Assembly: GCA_034521595.1 (NCBI GenBank)
Contig: JAXHMG010000003.1
Span: 2,880,001-2,944,000, forward strand
Source: Gemmatimonadota bacterium
Lineage (GTDB): Bacteria > Gemmatimonadota > Gemmatimonadetes > Longimicrobiales > Gaopeijiaceae
Direction: 5' to 3'
Length of the DNA stretch: 64,000 nt
Below are positions 22,602 through 35,300 of the stretch, one piece after another (within the stretch, counting starts at the first letter, position 1; every line of letters begins with the position of its first letter). The notes below the pieces were generated by a model. The model was not told the origin of the DNA and made no database searches. It was given only the letters and a program-made list of their open reading frames with translations. The position numbers and the translations under genes are program-made.

Positions 22602-25420
22602 GTGGACGACGCGCGCTTCCGCACGCTCATCGACGTTCTCGGCGATGCGCTCGAGCGACCGGAGCCGAGCGGGACGCATGGCTTCGACACCGCTGCGCGG
22701 ACGACGACGAGCTGCTCGAGGAGGTGCGGGCGCTCTTGAAGCTCGCAGGGGACGCTTCGAAGCACGAGATCACACTCGACCTGGAAGCTCGGGTCGGACG
22801 GCCGCCGTACGTCATGGAGTCCGCCCGGAGCCTCCCTCGCGAATCGGCCCGTACGTGGTGGAAGCAGTGCTCGGAGAAGGGGGCATGGGCACGGTGTACG
22901 CCGCACGCCAGGAGGAGCCGCTCGAACGGGACGTCGCCCTCAAGGTCCTGCGAGCCAGTGCCGTGCACCCACAGTCCAGTGCCCGGTTCGAAGCCGAGAT
23001 GCACGTCCTGGCCCGGCTCGACCATCCCTACATCGCTCGGATCTTCGACGCCGGCACGACGGACGAAGGGTTGGCGTACTTCGTCATGGAGCGGATCCGG
23101 GGCGAGCCCGTCACGACGTACTGCGAAGGAAGGGGCCTCTCGAGTCGGGGGCGCCTCGAGCTCTTCGTCAGGGTCCTGCGGGCCGTAGCGCACGCGCACC
23201 AGAAAGCCGTCGTGCACCGCGACCTCAAGCCGTCGAACATCCTCGTGACCGACCTCGACGGGCAGCCGGTCCCGAAGGTGATCGACTTCGGCATCGCCTC
23301 GGTGCTTTCCGACTCCGCCGGCCACGCGGGGCGCGGAGCCGATGGCCGTCTGTTCGGCACGCCGACCTACATGAGCCCCGAGGCCCGGGCCGGACACGAG
23401 ATCGACACGCGGTCGGACCTCTACGCGCTGGGGGTGCTCCTGCACGAGCTGCTCACGGGAGCGGTGCCGTGCGCGCCGGACGTCGACGACGACCGGAGCG
23501 TGGCCGACCTCGGGACGGTTCGCACCGCGCCGAGCCTCCCGACGGACCTCCGGTGCATCCTGGATAAGGCCTTGGCTCCCGATCCGCAGACCCGCTACGC
23601 CTCCGCAGCCCACTTCGCGGACGACATCAGCCGATACCTCACGGAGTATCCCGTGCACGCGCGCGCACCGACGCTCACCTATCGGCTGCACCGGTTCGCC
23701 GCCCGCTATCGACTACGCGTATTGGGTGCCACGGCGGCGGCGATCATGCTGCTCGCCGTGACCTCGATCTTCATGGTGCGCCTCGCTGCCGAGCGAGACC
23801 GTGCACGGATCGAGGCCGAAAAGGCCACCGAAGTCGCGGCATTCCTCCAGGGCCTGTTCCGGATTCCGGATCCGGCCACGCTCGCCCCGGATAGCTTGAC
23901 GGCCAGAGAGCTTCTCGACGATGGCGCGGATCGCCTCATGACGGAGCTCGCCGGTCAACCGGAGGTTCAGGCATCCCTGCTGGGCGTGATCGGAAATACC
24001 TATCGCGGCCTCGGCCTCTGGGGTGAAGCGGAGGACCTGCTGCTGGACGCGGTCGAGCGCGAAAGGGCCCTGAAGGGCGCCGGGCACGTAGATGTCGCCG
24101 CGCTGCTCCACGACCTCGGAGAGGTTCGCACCGACCGCGGCGACCTTCCCGGCGCAGAAAGCGCGCTCCGCGACGCGCTCGAGATCCGCCGGAGCTCGCT
24201 CGGCGCCGAGCATCCGGAAACCGCACACACGATGTCCCAGGTCGGCCTCGTCCTCAGGAATGCGGGAGAGCTGTCCGAAGCGGAGGTTTTCGCGGTGGAA
24301 GCGGTCGAGATTCTCCGGCGAGCCGAGGGGACCGATGTTCGCCCGGTCCTCGCGCTCGCGCTGCACCATCTGGCGTTCCTCCGTCGCACACAGGAGCGTC
24401 TCGAAGAGTCGGAAGCGCTGTACCGTGAAGCGCTCGAGCTCAGGCGGGCACTCTACGATGCGTCACATCCCGACCTCCTCACGACCATGGGCAACCTGGC
24501 GGTGGTGCTGGAGCGCCGAGGACGGTACCAGGAAGCCGAGCGCTTGCTCCGTGAAGCGCTCGAGGCTCGCCGCGCACGACTCGGCGACGACCATCCGAAC
24601 ACGCTCAACGCGTTGAACAACCTGGCCTATACGCTGTGGCGAAACGGCCAATATGCACGAGCGGAAGACCTCTTCCGGGAAGCGATCCCCATCGCCCGGA
24701 GCGTGCACGGCTCGGAGCACACGACCACCGCGATCATGATCAACAACCTCGGTGTCGCGGTTCGACGGGCGGGTGACGCCGAGGCCGCGGAAGCGCTTCA
24801 CCGCGAAGCTCTGGCCATCAACCGGAGACTGCTCGGCGAGGAGCACCCCAGAATCGCGGGCGACCTGGACAACCTGGGTAGGGCGGTCCTCGCCCGTGGA
24901 GACCCCACCCAGGCGCAGGCCCTGCACCGACGAGCGCTCGATATGCGCACGCGGCTGCTCGGCGCCGACCATCCCGACCTCGCCGAGAGCCTCTCCGGCC
25001 TGGCCGCCGTACGTCTGGCCACGGGGGAGCCGGAAGAGGCCGTCAGTCGGCTGCGGAGCGCCCTGGCTCTACGGGCGGCACGGCTTTCGCCGGAAAACCC
25101 CCGCGTGGCCGAAACGACCCACGAGCTCGGTGTGGCCCTGCGGGAAGCCGGGGACCTCGCGGAGGCGGAGGAGCTCTTGCGTCGCGCCCTCGAGGCCCGC
25201 GCCGCCACGCTCGATCCCGGCCATCCCGACCTCGGGGTCACGCGTCGCGAGCTCGCCGTGTTGCTTCGAGAGACCGGTCGCTTCGCCGAAGCCGACAGGC
25301 TGCTGCGGAACGAGCGAGATCACGCGCTGGAGCGCCTGGGCCCGATCATCCCAGCGGCCCGTCGTAGTACCCGGGCCAGTAACGCCCCTACTCCACCGTC
25401 ACTGTCGCCTCACCGAACTG
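22602..25420 (+). CDS. Membrane Ser/Thr protein kinase with C-terminal kinesin-light-chain-type TPR array; both ends frameshifted and approximate
   Basis: LGEGGMGTVY, VALKVL, HRDLKPSN, DFG, GTPTYMSPE, a TM helix, then many ~42-aa repeats of the form LGxxHPxxxxxxxNL. Confidence 0.9.
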
Positions 25421-25421
25421 C

Positions 25422-28400
25422 TCACCCGAGGTGGCTCGGATCGTCGTGGTGCCCGATCCCGACAGCGGTGACCAACCCGGTCGTGTCGACGGTCGCAACC
25501 GACTCGTCGAACGACTTCCAGGTGAATTCGGCATCTTCGATCAAATGCCCGTTCGCGTCGTACGCGGAGGCCGTGAGCTGCTGCTCCTCGGGCGCCGGGC
25601 CGACGACTAGTGCGGGACCGGTCTCAGGCTCATCCTCGCTCACAGCCAGCGTGAAGTCGGACGGCTTCACCTTCACCTTGGCTACTTCCTGCTGAACCGT
25701 GACGTCGATCTCGGCCGTGGCGTCGTCGGCCGCCGCGCGGATCGCCGTGGTCCCGTTCCCGATCGCGGTGACCAGCCCGGTGTCGTCCACCGCCGCCACC
25801 GTGGCGTCGCCGCTCGTCCAAACGATGTCCGGCGTGTCGACCGGATGCCCGTTCGCGTCGCGCGCGTCGGCCACGATCTGGACCTGGTCGTCGAAGGAGG
25901 TGAGGGATTGCACGTCTCCAAGCCGCCGACGCACTCCTTCGTGAGGTTGAGCGTGGCCACTCGCTGATCCACGGTCAGGGAAGCGGTGCCGGACACGCCG
26001 TCCGCCGTGGCCGTGACGGTGGTCTCACCGTTTTCCACGGATGTCGCGACTCCGGTATCCGTGTCGATCACGGCTACCGATTCGGCCTCGACGCTCCACG
26101 TGAACGTGACGTCGGAGATTTCGGCACCGTCAGCGTCCCGAGCCACCGCCGTGAACTGCAGAGTCGAGCCGAGCGCGTGCAACGTATCCAGCTCCGGTGA
26201 GACTTCCACGCTGGCGATGACCGGCGCGACAGTCGTGAATGTCACCGCCGCCTGGTCGTCGATCGGCTCACCATTCAGCGTGCCCGTCACCGTCGCGGTC
26301 CCCTCCTCCGCGCTCCGCAGCTCCGCCGTGTACGTCCCGTCCGCGTTGTCCGTCACCGCCGTCAGCTCGCCCAGGTCCGTCGACAGCGTCACCTCGTCCC
26401 CGCCCTCCGTGAGCGGCGTCTCGTCCGCTTCGTAGAGCTGCACCGTGATCGTCGACGCCGCGTCGCCGTCCGCCTCCACCTCGATCGGCTCCGCCGTGAT
26501 CGTCGCGAACGCCGCGGTCGGGCTCGTCGGGTCTCCCGTCGTCGTGAACGTCACCGCCGCCTGGTCGTCGATCGGCTCACCATTCGACGTGCCCGTCACC
26601 GTCGCGGTCCCCTCCTCCGCGCTCCGCAGCTCCGCCGTGTACGTCCCGTCCGCGTTGTCCGTCACCGCCGTCAGCTCGCCCAGGTCCGTCGACAGCGTCA
26701 CCTCGTCCCCGCCCTCCGTGAGCGGCGTCTCGTCCGCTTCGTAGAGCTGCACGGTGATCGTCGATGCCGCGTCGCCGTCCGCCTCCACCTCGGTCGGGTC
26801 CGCCGTGATCGTTGCGAACGCCGCGGTCGGGCTCGTCGGCTCGTCGCTCGTCGTGAATGTCACCGCCGCCTGGTGGTCGATCGGCTCACCATCAGCGTGC
26901 CCGTCACCGTCGCGGTCCCCTCCTCCGCGCTCCGCAGCTCCGCCGTGTACGTCCCGTCCGCGTTGTCCGTCACCGCCGTCAGCTCGCCCAGGTCCGTCGA
27001 CAGCGTCACCTCGTCCCGCCCTCCGTCGAGCGGCGTCTCGTCCGCTTCGTAGAGCTGCACCGTGATCGTCGACGCCGCGTCGCCGTCCGCCTCCACCTCG
27101 ATCGGCTCCGCCGTGATCGTCGCGAACGCCGGCGGTCGGGCCCGTCGGCTCGTCGCTCGTCGTGAACGTCACACTCGCCTGGTCGTCGATCGGCTCACCA
27201 TTCAGCGTGCCCGTCACCGTCGCGGTCCCCTCCTCCGCGCTCCGCAGCTCCGCCGTGTACGTCCCGTCGTCCCGGTCGACCACCTCCGTCAGCTCGCCCA
27301 GGTCCAGTCGACAGCGTCACCTCGTCGCCGCCCTCCGTCAGTGGCGTCTCGTCCGCTTCGTAGAGCTGCACCGTGATCGTCGACGCCGCGTCGCCGTCCG
27401 CCTCCACCTCGATCGGCTCCGCCGTGATCGTCGCGAACGCCGCGGTCGGGCCCGTCGGCTCGTCGCTCGTCGTGAACGTCACGCTCGCCTGGTCGTCGAT
27501 CGGCTCACCGTTCAGCGTGCCCGTCACCGTCGCTTCGCCCTCGTCCGCGCTCCGCAGCTCCGCCGTGTACGTCCCGTCTCCGTTGTCCGTCACCTCCGTC
27601 AACTCGCCCAGGTCCGTCGTCAGCGTCACCTCGTCGCCGCCTTCCGTCAGCGGGTTTCCATCCGCGTCATAGAGCTGCACCGTGATCGTCGACGCCGCGT
27701 CACCGTCCGCTTCCACCTCCGTCGGGTCCGCCTCGATCGTCGCCGTGCCGGGCTCGGCCGAGCCCGGCTCCGCAGTGACCTCGAGCGTGACCGACGCCAT
27801 GCCCGCCGAGGACGCGACGAAGGTATATGGTCCGGCCGACGCTCCCAGCGTCCCCACCGTCTCGGCATGCCCGTCGGGTCCGCTCGCAACGGTCCTCTCT
27901 CGGGTCGAAGCGCCGGACGGCGCCTCGAACGACACGTCCACATCCGCCACACCCTCTCCGTCGGCGCCGACCACGCGGACCTCGAGGGGCACCGACGAGC
28001 GTACGGGCGCGCTCACGCCATCGCCCTCCACGACCACCAACGAGGCGGCCGCCGGCTGGAACGCGACGGCCGTGGAGTCGGACAGGCCGGTCGGGGTCAT
28101 CGCCGAGACGCGAACCGAGCCCCGTTCCTCCGGTGCCGAGAGCAGAGCCGCCGCGGATATGGGAGCGAGCCCGGGATCACTCGACGACCACACGGCGACG
28201 ACGTCCGAGATCGTATTCCCCTCGGCATCCACGCCCGTGACGCGATAGCGGAGCGTATCACTGAACGTGAGGAGCGAGTCGATGGGACTCACGGTGATGG
28301 ACACCGCTTCGCTGCCCGGTCCGACGAACGCCAGGGAGACATCGTGGACCTCGGCCGCTCTGCCCGGAGCCGTGTCGACGACCTCGGTCTCGAGGCTGCC

Positions 28401-28731
28401 CGCGAACATCACGGTGCCGGCGGACCACACCTCCGCGTCGACGCGCACCTCCGCCGGAAGCGCCTCCACACCCAGGATCCACCCCAGCACGGTCTCGGCT
28501 TCGGCGTCGTACGCCATGACGGTGTCGGACAGGACCGTCGCGTCCGCCGCATCGCGAATCGTGACGTGGATCGCGTCGAGGTCGAGGAGCGCGGGATCGA
28601 CGGCACTCTCGAGCAGGGGGGTGATCCGCAGCGGACCGTCCTCCCGGACCCGTCGGATCGGTCGGTCCCCCGTTGCAACCGAGGGCCAGGACGCCGAGAA
28701 GCGTTCCGGTGCAGCGCGCCGCGCGGCGCAT
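25422..28731 (-). CDS. Invasin/intimin-type Big_1 repeat surface lipoprotein with C-terminal BIG2 domains; frameshifted
   Basis: MRRAARCTGTLLGVLALGC lipobox, with TGATG overlap on the upstream stop. Five ADGDAASTITVQLY...VTDNxDGTYTAELRS repeats, then VEVSP...FTWS BIG2 modules. Confidence 0.82.
26230..27750. repeat. Five near-identical ~309-bp tandem repeats (103-aa Big_1 units)
   Basis: The shadow-ORF start MIVDAASPSAST recurs at 26445, 26754, 27062, 27373 and 27682 (spacings 309, 308, 311, 309). Confidence 0.95.
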
Positions 28732-30442
28732 CAGAAGCGACGTGTCCATCGTAGACTCAATGTGGATTCGCGGAAGCTCCGCTCCGCGGCGGCCACGTTC
28801 TCGTTGTCACTGAGCCGCATACTGAGGATGACCGCATCCTGACCGGTCACCTGATAGCGGGATGAAAGCGAAGCCTGCGATACCGTCGTCTGATGCACGT
28901 GCGAGCGGCCCAGGTTGAGCGAGGACACCCATTTCCCCCGCAGGAGGTTCAGCTGGCCGCCCAGGCCGAAATTGCTCCGAAGGCTCGACGGATCCTCACC
29001 GAACCGAGACTGCACCAAGCCCGCGGTGGGCGTGATCGATACGATGCGCGCGGGCGCCAGAACCACCCTGGCGTTCACCGTGTGCGATGTCGAGGTGCTC
29101 CGGACCCGGGCCGGATTGTCGTCGCCGGTCGTCCGGTAGTTGTAGTCCACGGACACGGTTCGGGCCAGGCTCCGTCGGCCGAAGCTGACGGACTGGCGGG
29201 TCCCGGCCAGCCAGCTTCCGTAGGCGATCCACCGTTCCGGGTCCGAGGCGTCGTTGTGCAACGTCGCCCGCTGAAGCCGGAGGCTCGACGTCCAGTTCGC
29301 CGTGAGGCGGGTGGAGAGCGACGCGCCGAGCCGATCGCGCTCCGTGGTGAATAGCTTCTGATCGGCCAGATTGTCGTGCTGCCGCGACACATCCACACTC
29401 GCCTGCACCCGGCCGCGTCGGAACACGGTCCGCGCCTCGATCTCGCGACGATCGGACAGGAGCGACGCCGTACCGAGCGACACATAGCCCGCCCCGAGAT
29501 TGCGGAAGGTCACCGTCGTCGTCAGGGGCGTCACGGGCGAAACTCACCCTCGAGGGTGTACGCGTAGTCCGCGGAGGAGCTGTTCCGCGGCGTGAACAGC
29601 GCCCGGGCGATGCCGGGGATGCGGTCGAGGATCTCGGGGTTCTCGATCGGGTCCGAGCGCCGATCCCGCGTGTAGCCGCTCGCCGCGAGCTCTCCCGCGA
29701 GCTTCACACGGTCGTCGAGCAAGGCGAGCCCGCCCGCCACGCTCACCACCAGGTTCCGCTGGGGCGTGACGGCGAACTGGTTGTTCCGCCCGACCGACAA
29801 CGTGTCTTCGACGAAGGCCGTGTCGGGCTCGTGGTCTGCGAATGTGGTATCGGTCGGAGGAGGGAGCGAGCCGGGTTGTCCCAGGCGCTCACCACGGCCA
29901 GCCTGAGGGATGAACGGTCCTCGTCGCCGAGCGCCAGTTGCCCGCCGGCCACCGTCCGCGAATAGCTTCCCGACACGGCACCACCGGAGCTGGCGCCGCC
30001 GGGAACGGCCGCCGAAGGCCGAGACCGAGAACGCGCCGCGCTCGACCTCGAGGCTCGCACCGCGGGCCCTGATTCCGTTGTAGGTGAGCGGTGAATAGCT
30101 GCCGCTGAAGTCCCCGACGGTCGCTCGGCCCCACCCCCAGTCAGGCGTGAGGGCGTACCGGTTGATGTCCTGGCGGGCATCGGCGCCGAACCGGTTCCCT
30201 TCGGTCGAGAGGAGGAAGTCGCCCGTCACGCTCACGAGCCCGTAGAGCGAGACGGAGGGGCGGAAGTAGAGGCGCCCGGTCGCCGTGGGCCGCCGCTGCT
30301 CCGCGCCGGAGATGCCGTACAGCTCCGAAAACGTCCCGGCCTCGCCCCCGAAGTCCAGGCCGTCGGTGACGACGTCCTGGGCATGGCCGCCACCGGGAAC
30401 CCACGACATCAGTACGCAGCACAGCACGATACCTCGCATCAT
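28731..30442 (-). CDS. Putative large outer-membrane beta-barrel protein; frameshifted
   Basis: Signal peptide ending GHA-Q; alternating amphipathic strands throughout; C-terminal LSLRWTRRF ends in Phe. Confidence 0.65.
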
Positions 30443-32324
30443 CGGTCACCTCCCGCGTCCGTCAGCTCGATGGTCCGGACCAGGTCGGCGGTGCGCACGA
30501 CGGCCCGAACGAGGTAGTGTGGAGCGTCGGCCCGCACGAACCACTCCTCCCGGGCGCCCTCGGAAGCATCCCATGCCAGCGTCAGACGCCAGGTGTCGAA
30601 CGTCCCCGCGCCCGTCGTGACACGCTCCCCGCCCTCGACGGTGAGGTCCAGCGTGGCGAGCTCGAGCGTCTCGGCGTCGAACACGGTGAACCGGGCGGCG
30701 TATCCCTCCTCGAGCGGCAAGGCGGCGACGAGCATTTCGAGGGCGGGGCCGTCCGCCCACGCGGACCGTCCGGCTCCACCTCGAACGGCGTCTCGAACCC
30801 GTCCGTCGGTGACCCCCATGACACGCTCGTCTTCGAAGTCGATCCGAACCGTCAAGGGTTCCACCGCCCGCCGCCGGACGGGCATGAGCGACGCGGAATC
30901 CAGCACGACCGTGTCCGACGCCTCCGTGCGCCCCTCCGGGCCGGGCATCTGCTCGAACGGATCCGTACCCTCCTCCGGGTCCTCGGGCAAGGCGGCCGCT
31001 TCGAAGTCCGTAGCGGCGTAGGTGGGCACCTCGGCCACGTCGACCACCCGCCAGACCGAGCGTCCGTCTTCCGTGTCCCGTTCGATGCGGCGCTCCACGG
31101 TCAGAGGCTCGGAGCCCGGCTCGTCGATCGTCACCGTGTACGCCGCCGATCCGGGCACGAGCGCCGCCGGGACGGGACGGGGTGGAATGAATCCGGACGC
31201 GAGAACCACATCCGCGCGCGGATCCAGGGCGAGGATCCGCGTCGCCTCACCCGCCCAGCGGTCGAGGAGATAGATCGAAGCGTCGTCGCCGTCACGCGCG
31301 GTGGCCAGCATGCGTGCCCCTTCGGCTCGCCGGGGATGGAACGTCAGGCGAGCGGCATCACCTACGACCTCGCGCAAGGTCCCGACGCCTTCGCGGAACG
31401 TGGAATCGCTCCGGAACGCTGCCTCCGGGTCGTCGGTCAGGTCGCTCCGGACGACCTCCTCCTCCAAGGTGATGGGATCGAGGAGGATGAGCGCAGGAAC
31501 GTCACGGTCCCTGCTCGACCGCAACCAGACCCGGCCGTCCGGATGGAAGCCCACGGGCTCGCAGGCCTCTCCGTCCGCGCACGCGAAGATCGGCACGACC
31601 CCGTCGTCCCGCCGCCGAACGACCTCGGTCCCGCCGTCCTCCCCGGTCCGCAGCCCCAGGCGGGGGACCCCGGCCTCGTCGGGCACCCACCGACGCACGC
31701 TTCCGTCGTTCACGACCACATCGGTGCGGGCGCCGGTCTCGAGCTCCACCCGGATCAGGTCCGGCGCGTCCGGCTCCGCGCCGGGAACCTCGATCAACGC
31801 CGCGGCGGGGTCTTCGGCGAACCCGGCGAGCCGCACCGGCCCGTTCTGGTCCGGCAGGAGCTCGCGCGGGTCGGGAGCGGCAGCGGCTCGGCCGTCCCGG
31901 GGTCGCGGCGCTGGTCCGGGACGTCGGCTCCCGCCAAGGGATCGACGGAGACGACGTAGAGGCGTCCTTCCACTCCGGCCGCACGGGCCTGCAGCACGAG
32001 CCACCGGCCGTCCGGCGCCCACCGGTACGTTCCGACGGGCAGATCCGCGGGAGTCAGCGCGCGCGGAGCCGCCAGGGAATCCAACGCGCCACGGACGAAG
32101 AGCCGGGGCGACGGGCCCTCGAGCGCCCGGAAGGCGACCCGTCGCCCGTCCGGCGAGAGCCGCGCGTCGAGCACGGCTTCGGCTGTCTCGCCGGGAGCGG
32201 CCGAGTCCGGTGCCTGGTCGGCGGCAGCCGCGGAGTCGGGCTCCGGATCCTGCGCGGACAGGGGAACCGCGCCGAGCCAAGCGCACAGGACCACCGGCCG
32301 TGCCACGCCCCGGAGGGACGTCAC
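30439..32324 (-). CDS. Exported protein: TolB/S9-type propeller region fused to a DUF3108-like C-terminal domain; frameshifted
   Basis: Signal peptide PLSA-Q; ARLSPDGRRVAF, YRWAPDGRWL, VGFHPDGRVW; C-terminal LPLEEGY...VEGGERVTTGAGTFDTWRL. Confidence 0.6.
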
Positions 32325-32346
32325 GAGCCGATCCGAGGGCGACCGT

Positions 32347-35300
32347 CTAGAACAACGCATCGGATATCGCATTGTAGAGGGCCTGCGAGAGCTCCGACAT
32401 CGACCCGCCGAACACGACCCGCTCGACCTCGCGATCCTCGAACACCGGTAGCCGACCGCCAACTCCACCTGGCTCCGGCCGAAGAACCCCTCGAGCGCGG
32501 CCTCCGCTTCGGCACTGGTCACCTGCACGGGAAGCGACGGGCGATCGCAGGACGCGCACGCTTCGTAGCTGTCCATCCAGTCCTGCATGCTCGCGAGCGT
32601 GGTCTCCAGGCGGTCCACCTCCGTGCGCGCGGCGTTGAACGCGGCCCGCGCTTCGTCCATCGTGGCCCGGGCGCTGTTGACCGCCGGGTTGTTCTCCAGG
32701 TACTCGCGGTTCTGGTAGACCGCCCTCGCCGCGGTGTACGCCCTCCACCGCGCGTTGCGCTGTGCGAGGCGGGCGCCCCGGATGCCGCGCCAATAGTTCC
32801 GCGCGCCGCAGTGTCCCGGGGACCACCAGCTACACCGGGCCGCGTGGTAGCGGTACCGGGAGTTGGCCGCGCTGAACGAGCGGTGGCTCGCGCGGTACAG
32901 ACCGTACGTCCGGTCCATGGCCTCACGCGACGCCTCGGACGCGACCCGGATGGCATCGTCCAGGCTCGATTCGGCCTGGTCGAGGGACGCTTCGGCCGCT
33001 TCGAGGCTCGCCGAGGCCGTCTCGAGCGCCTGCCGGGTCGCCGGAACGAGCTGACGGCCCACTTCGTAGGTGAGCTGATCGTTGAACTCGGGGTAGAGCG
33101 CCGCCCGGACGGTGAAGCTCGGGTCCGTCAGCTGGAAGCCGGCCGGGCGTTCATCTCGGCCCGGAACTCGTCGAAGAGGTCGAAGTCGGTCGCGAACCGG
33201 AGGCTGTCGCGGTTCATCGCGAGCTCGAGATCCGTCTGGAGGGTGTTGTCGATCAGGGCGCCCCCTCGATGACCAGATGCTGCTCCTGGCGGGTGAGGGC
33301 CAGATCGAGGAGCGCCTCGTCGAACGCCACCGGTCCGAGAGTAAACGCACTGAGCTCCGCGAGCCCGAGGATCCCCTCCCGATCCACGCTCAGGTCCATC
33401 CGGCCGAACTCCGAGAGCTCACCCCGGAGCCGGCCTGGAGCAGGAACGCGCCGCGGAGCCCGATCCCCGCTTCGATGCCGAGATCGAAGTCCGTGTAGGT
33501 GGCCACCCGGATGCCCAGCTCGCGGAGGGCCATGTCCGGGACGCCGTCCGTCGCGATGGGCTCGGCACCTTCGCCCGCCACGCTCTGCTGGAACTCCATG
33601 AGATCGCTGAGCGTGAGCCCCTCGTCGGTCTCTCCGAGCACCAGGGCCCCGGTCGGCACCCCGGTGTAGATGTTGACGCGCGTCCCCAGCGCCATACGGA
33701 TGTCCTGCGCGCCGATGACCGCGTCACCCAGGAAGCCCAGGCGCACCGAGAGCGGGTTGAGCCCCATGGCCAGCCGAAGCTCGTTCAGCGTCAGCCAGTC
33801 GACACCCATCGGCCCCACCCACGGGTTCGCCGCGGTGAGGCCTCCCGCGATCGACAGCTCCACGCCCTGCGGCACCACGGCCACGTTCGACTCGATGTCG
33901 AAGGTCAGCGTGTCCCCGTCCACGTCGACGGTCAGGTCCCCGCCGAGGCCCACCGAGGGCCGGCCGGAGATCTGGAGCGCCACCTCACCTTCCACGAACC
34001 ACGCGGGACTTCCCGGAGGCGCCATGGGAGGCAGGGCGGCCTGAAGGGACAGATCCCGGATGCCCCCGGCGCCGAACCCGGGCAAGGGGAGCGAGCCCGT
34101 CAGCGTCAGGTCGCTCGCGCCGGGCGTCAGCATGTCGACCATGTCCTTCAGCGCGCCGGCGTCGGCGAGCGGCACGAACCCGGTGAGGTTGAGGCCGGGG
34201 CGGAGATCCACGTCGAAGTCGGCCCCCGTCGCCCCGGCTCCGGCGCCGCCGTCCCCGTCGTCGGATCCGTCCGGTCCGCCGCCGAACAAGGGACGGTAGA
34301 ACGCACGCTCCTCCGGGGTCAGGTCGTCGGACGAGACCGTGCCCTCCGCGCGCGTGAGCGTGAGCGCCGCCAGGTCGAGGCGCATCTCGTCGGTGACCGG
34401 GTTCTCGAGCTCCGGCACGAGGTCGGCGAAGCCCAGGTCGGGCACCTGCACGCCGAGGACGAGCTGCGGCTGCCCCTCGATGCGGGAGAAGGAGAAGAGC
34501 GCGTCGCTGCTCCTGCCGAAGACCTCGGTCGCGCCGCCGAGCGACACCCCGGTCCGCGCTCCGAAGTTGAGCGTGAGCCGCGGCTCGCTGATGCGCACGT
34601 CCAGCGGGCCCAGGGGCGGCACGTCGACGCCCGCGCCCGGCACGAACCCCTGCATCAGCTCGACCGCGTCGCCCACGCCGAACGAATCGTCGAATGCGGC
34701 CCGGAAGTAAGCCCTGCGGGCTCGACGCGCCGAGCGCGAGCCCGACCTCCGCCCGGGCCGTGAGGGATCCCATGGCGAAACCACCGGTCATTCCCGCTCG
34801 CGCGCTCGCGTCCTCGCCGGTCCGGAACCCGGCCTCGAGGACCGCGTCGCGCAGGCCGCCCGGATCGAATTCGAGCTCCGGCACCTGGGGCGAGCCGGGC
34901 ACCAGCCCGGCCGCCAGGTCCAGCGCCTCCGGAAGGGTCACGTCGCCCACGTCCACGCGGAACGAGCCCTCCGCCCAGCTCCAGGGCGTTCCGGACGCGC
35001 CGCCCACGGAGAGCGCCGTGAGCGCTGGCCTTCCATCGCGCTCGGCCAGCCGTGCGAGCGCGTCCACCCCGGCCCAGACGCTGTCGGCCCGGGTGTCGAA
35101 GCCGAGCTCCAGGCTCACGTCCCGCAGGTCGCCGATGGGGAAGTCGACGTCGGGCGCCGGCCAGTCGCCGGGCAGAAAGCCGGTGGCGCGCCCGAACGCC
35201 TCGTCGAGCGAAACGTCGCCGAGGCCGAGGGACACGAGGCCGCTCCCACTGCTCGCGTCGTCGACCCGCACGAACCCGAGACGGGCCTGGCCCGTGACGT

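Noticed and set aside
26230-27750. Regular repeats as a CRISPR array or mobile element
   Set aside because: Units are ~309 bp, in-frame coding domains with no unique spacers, and no cas or transposase genes are present.
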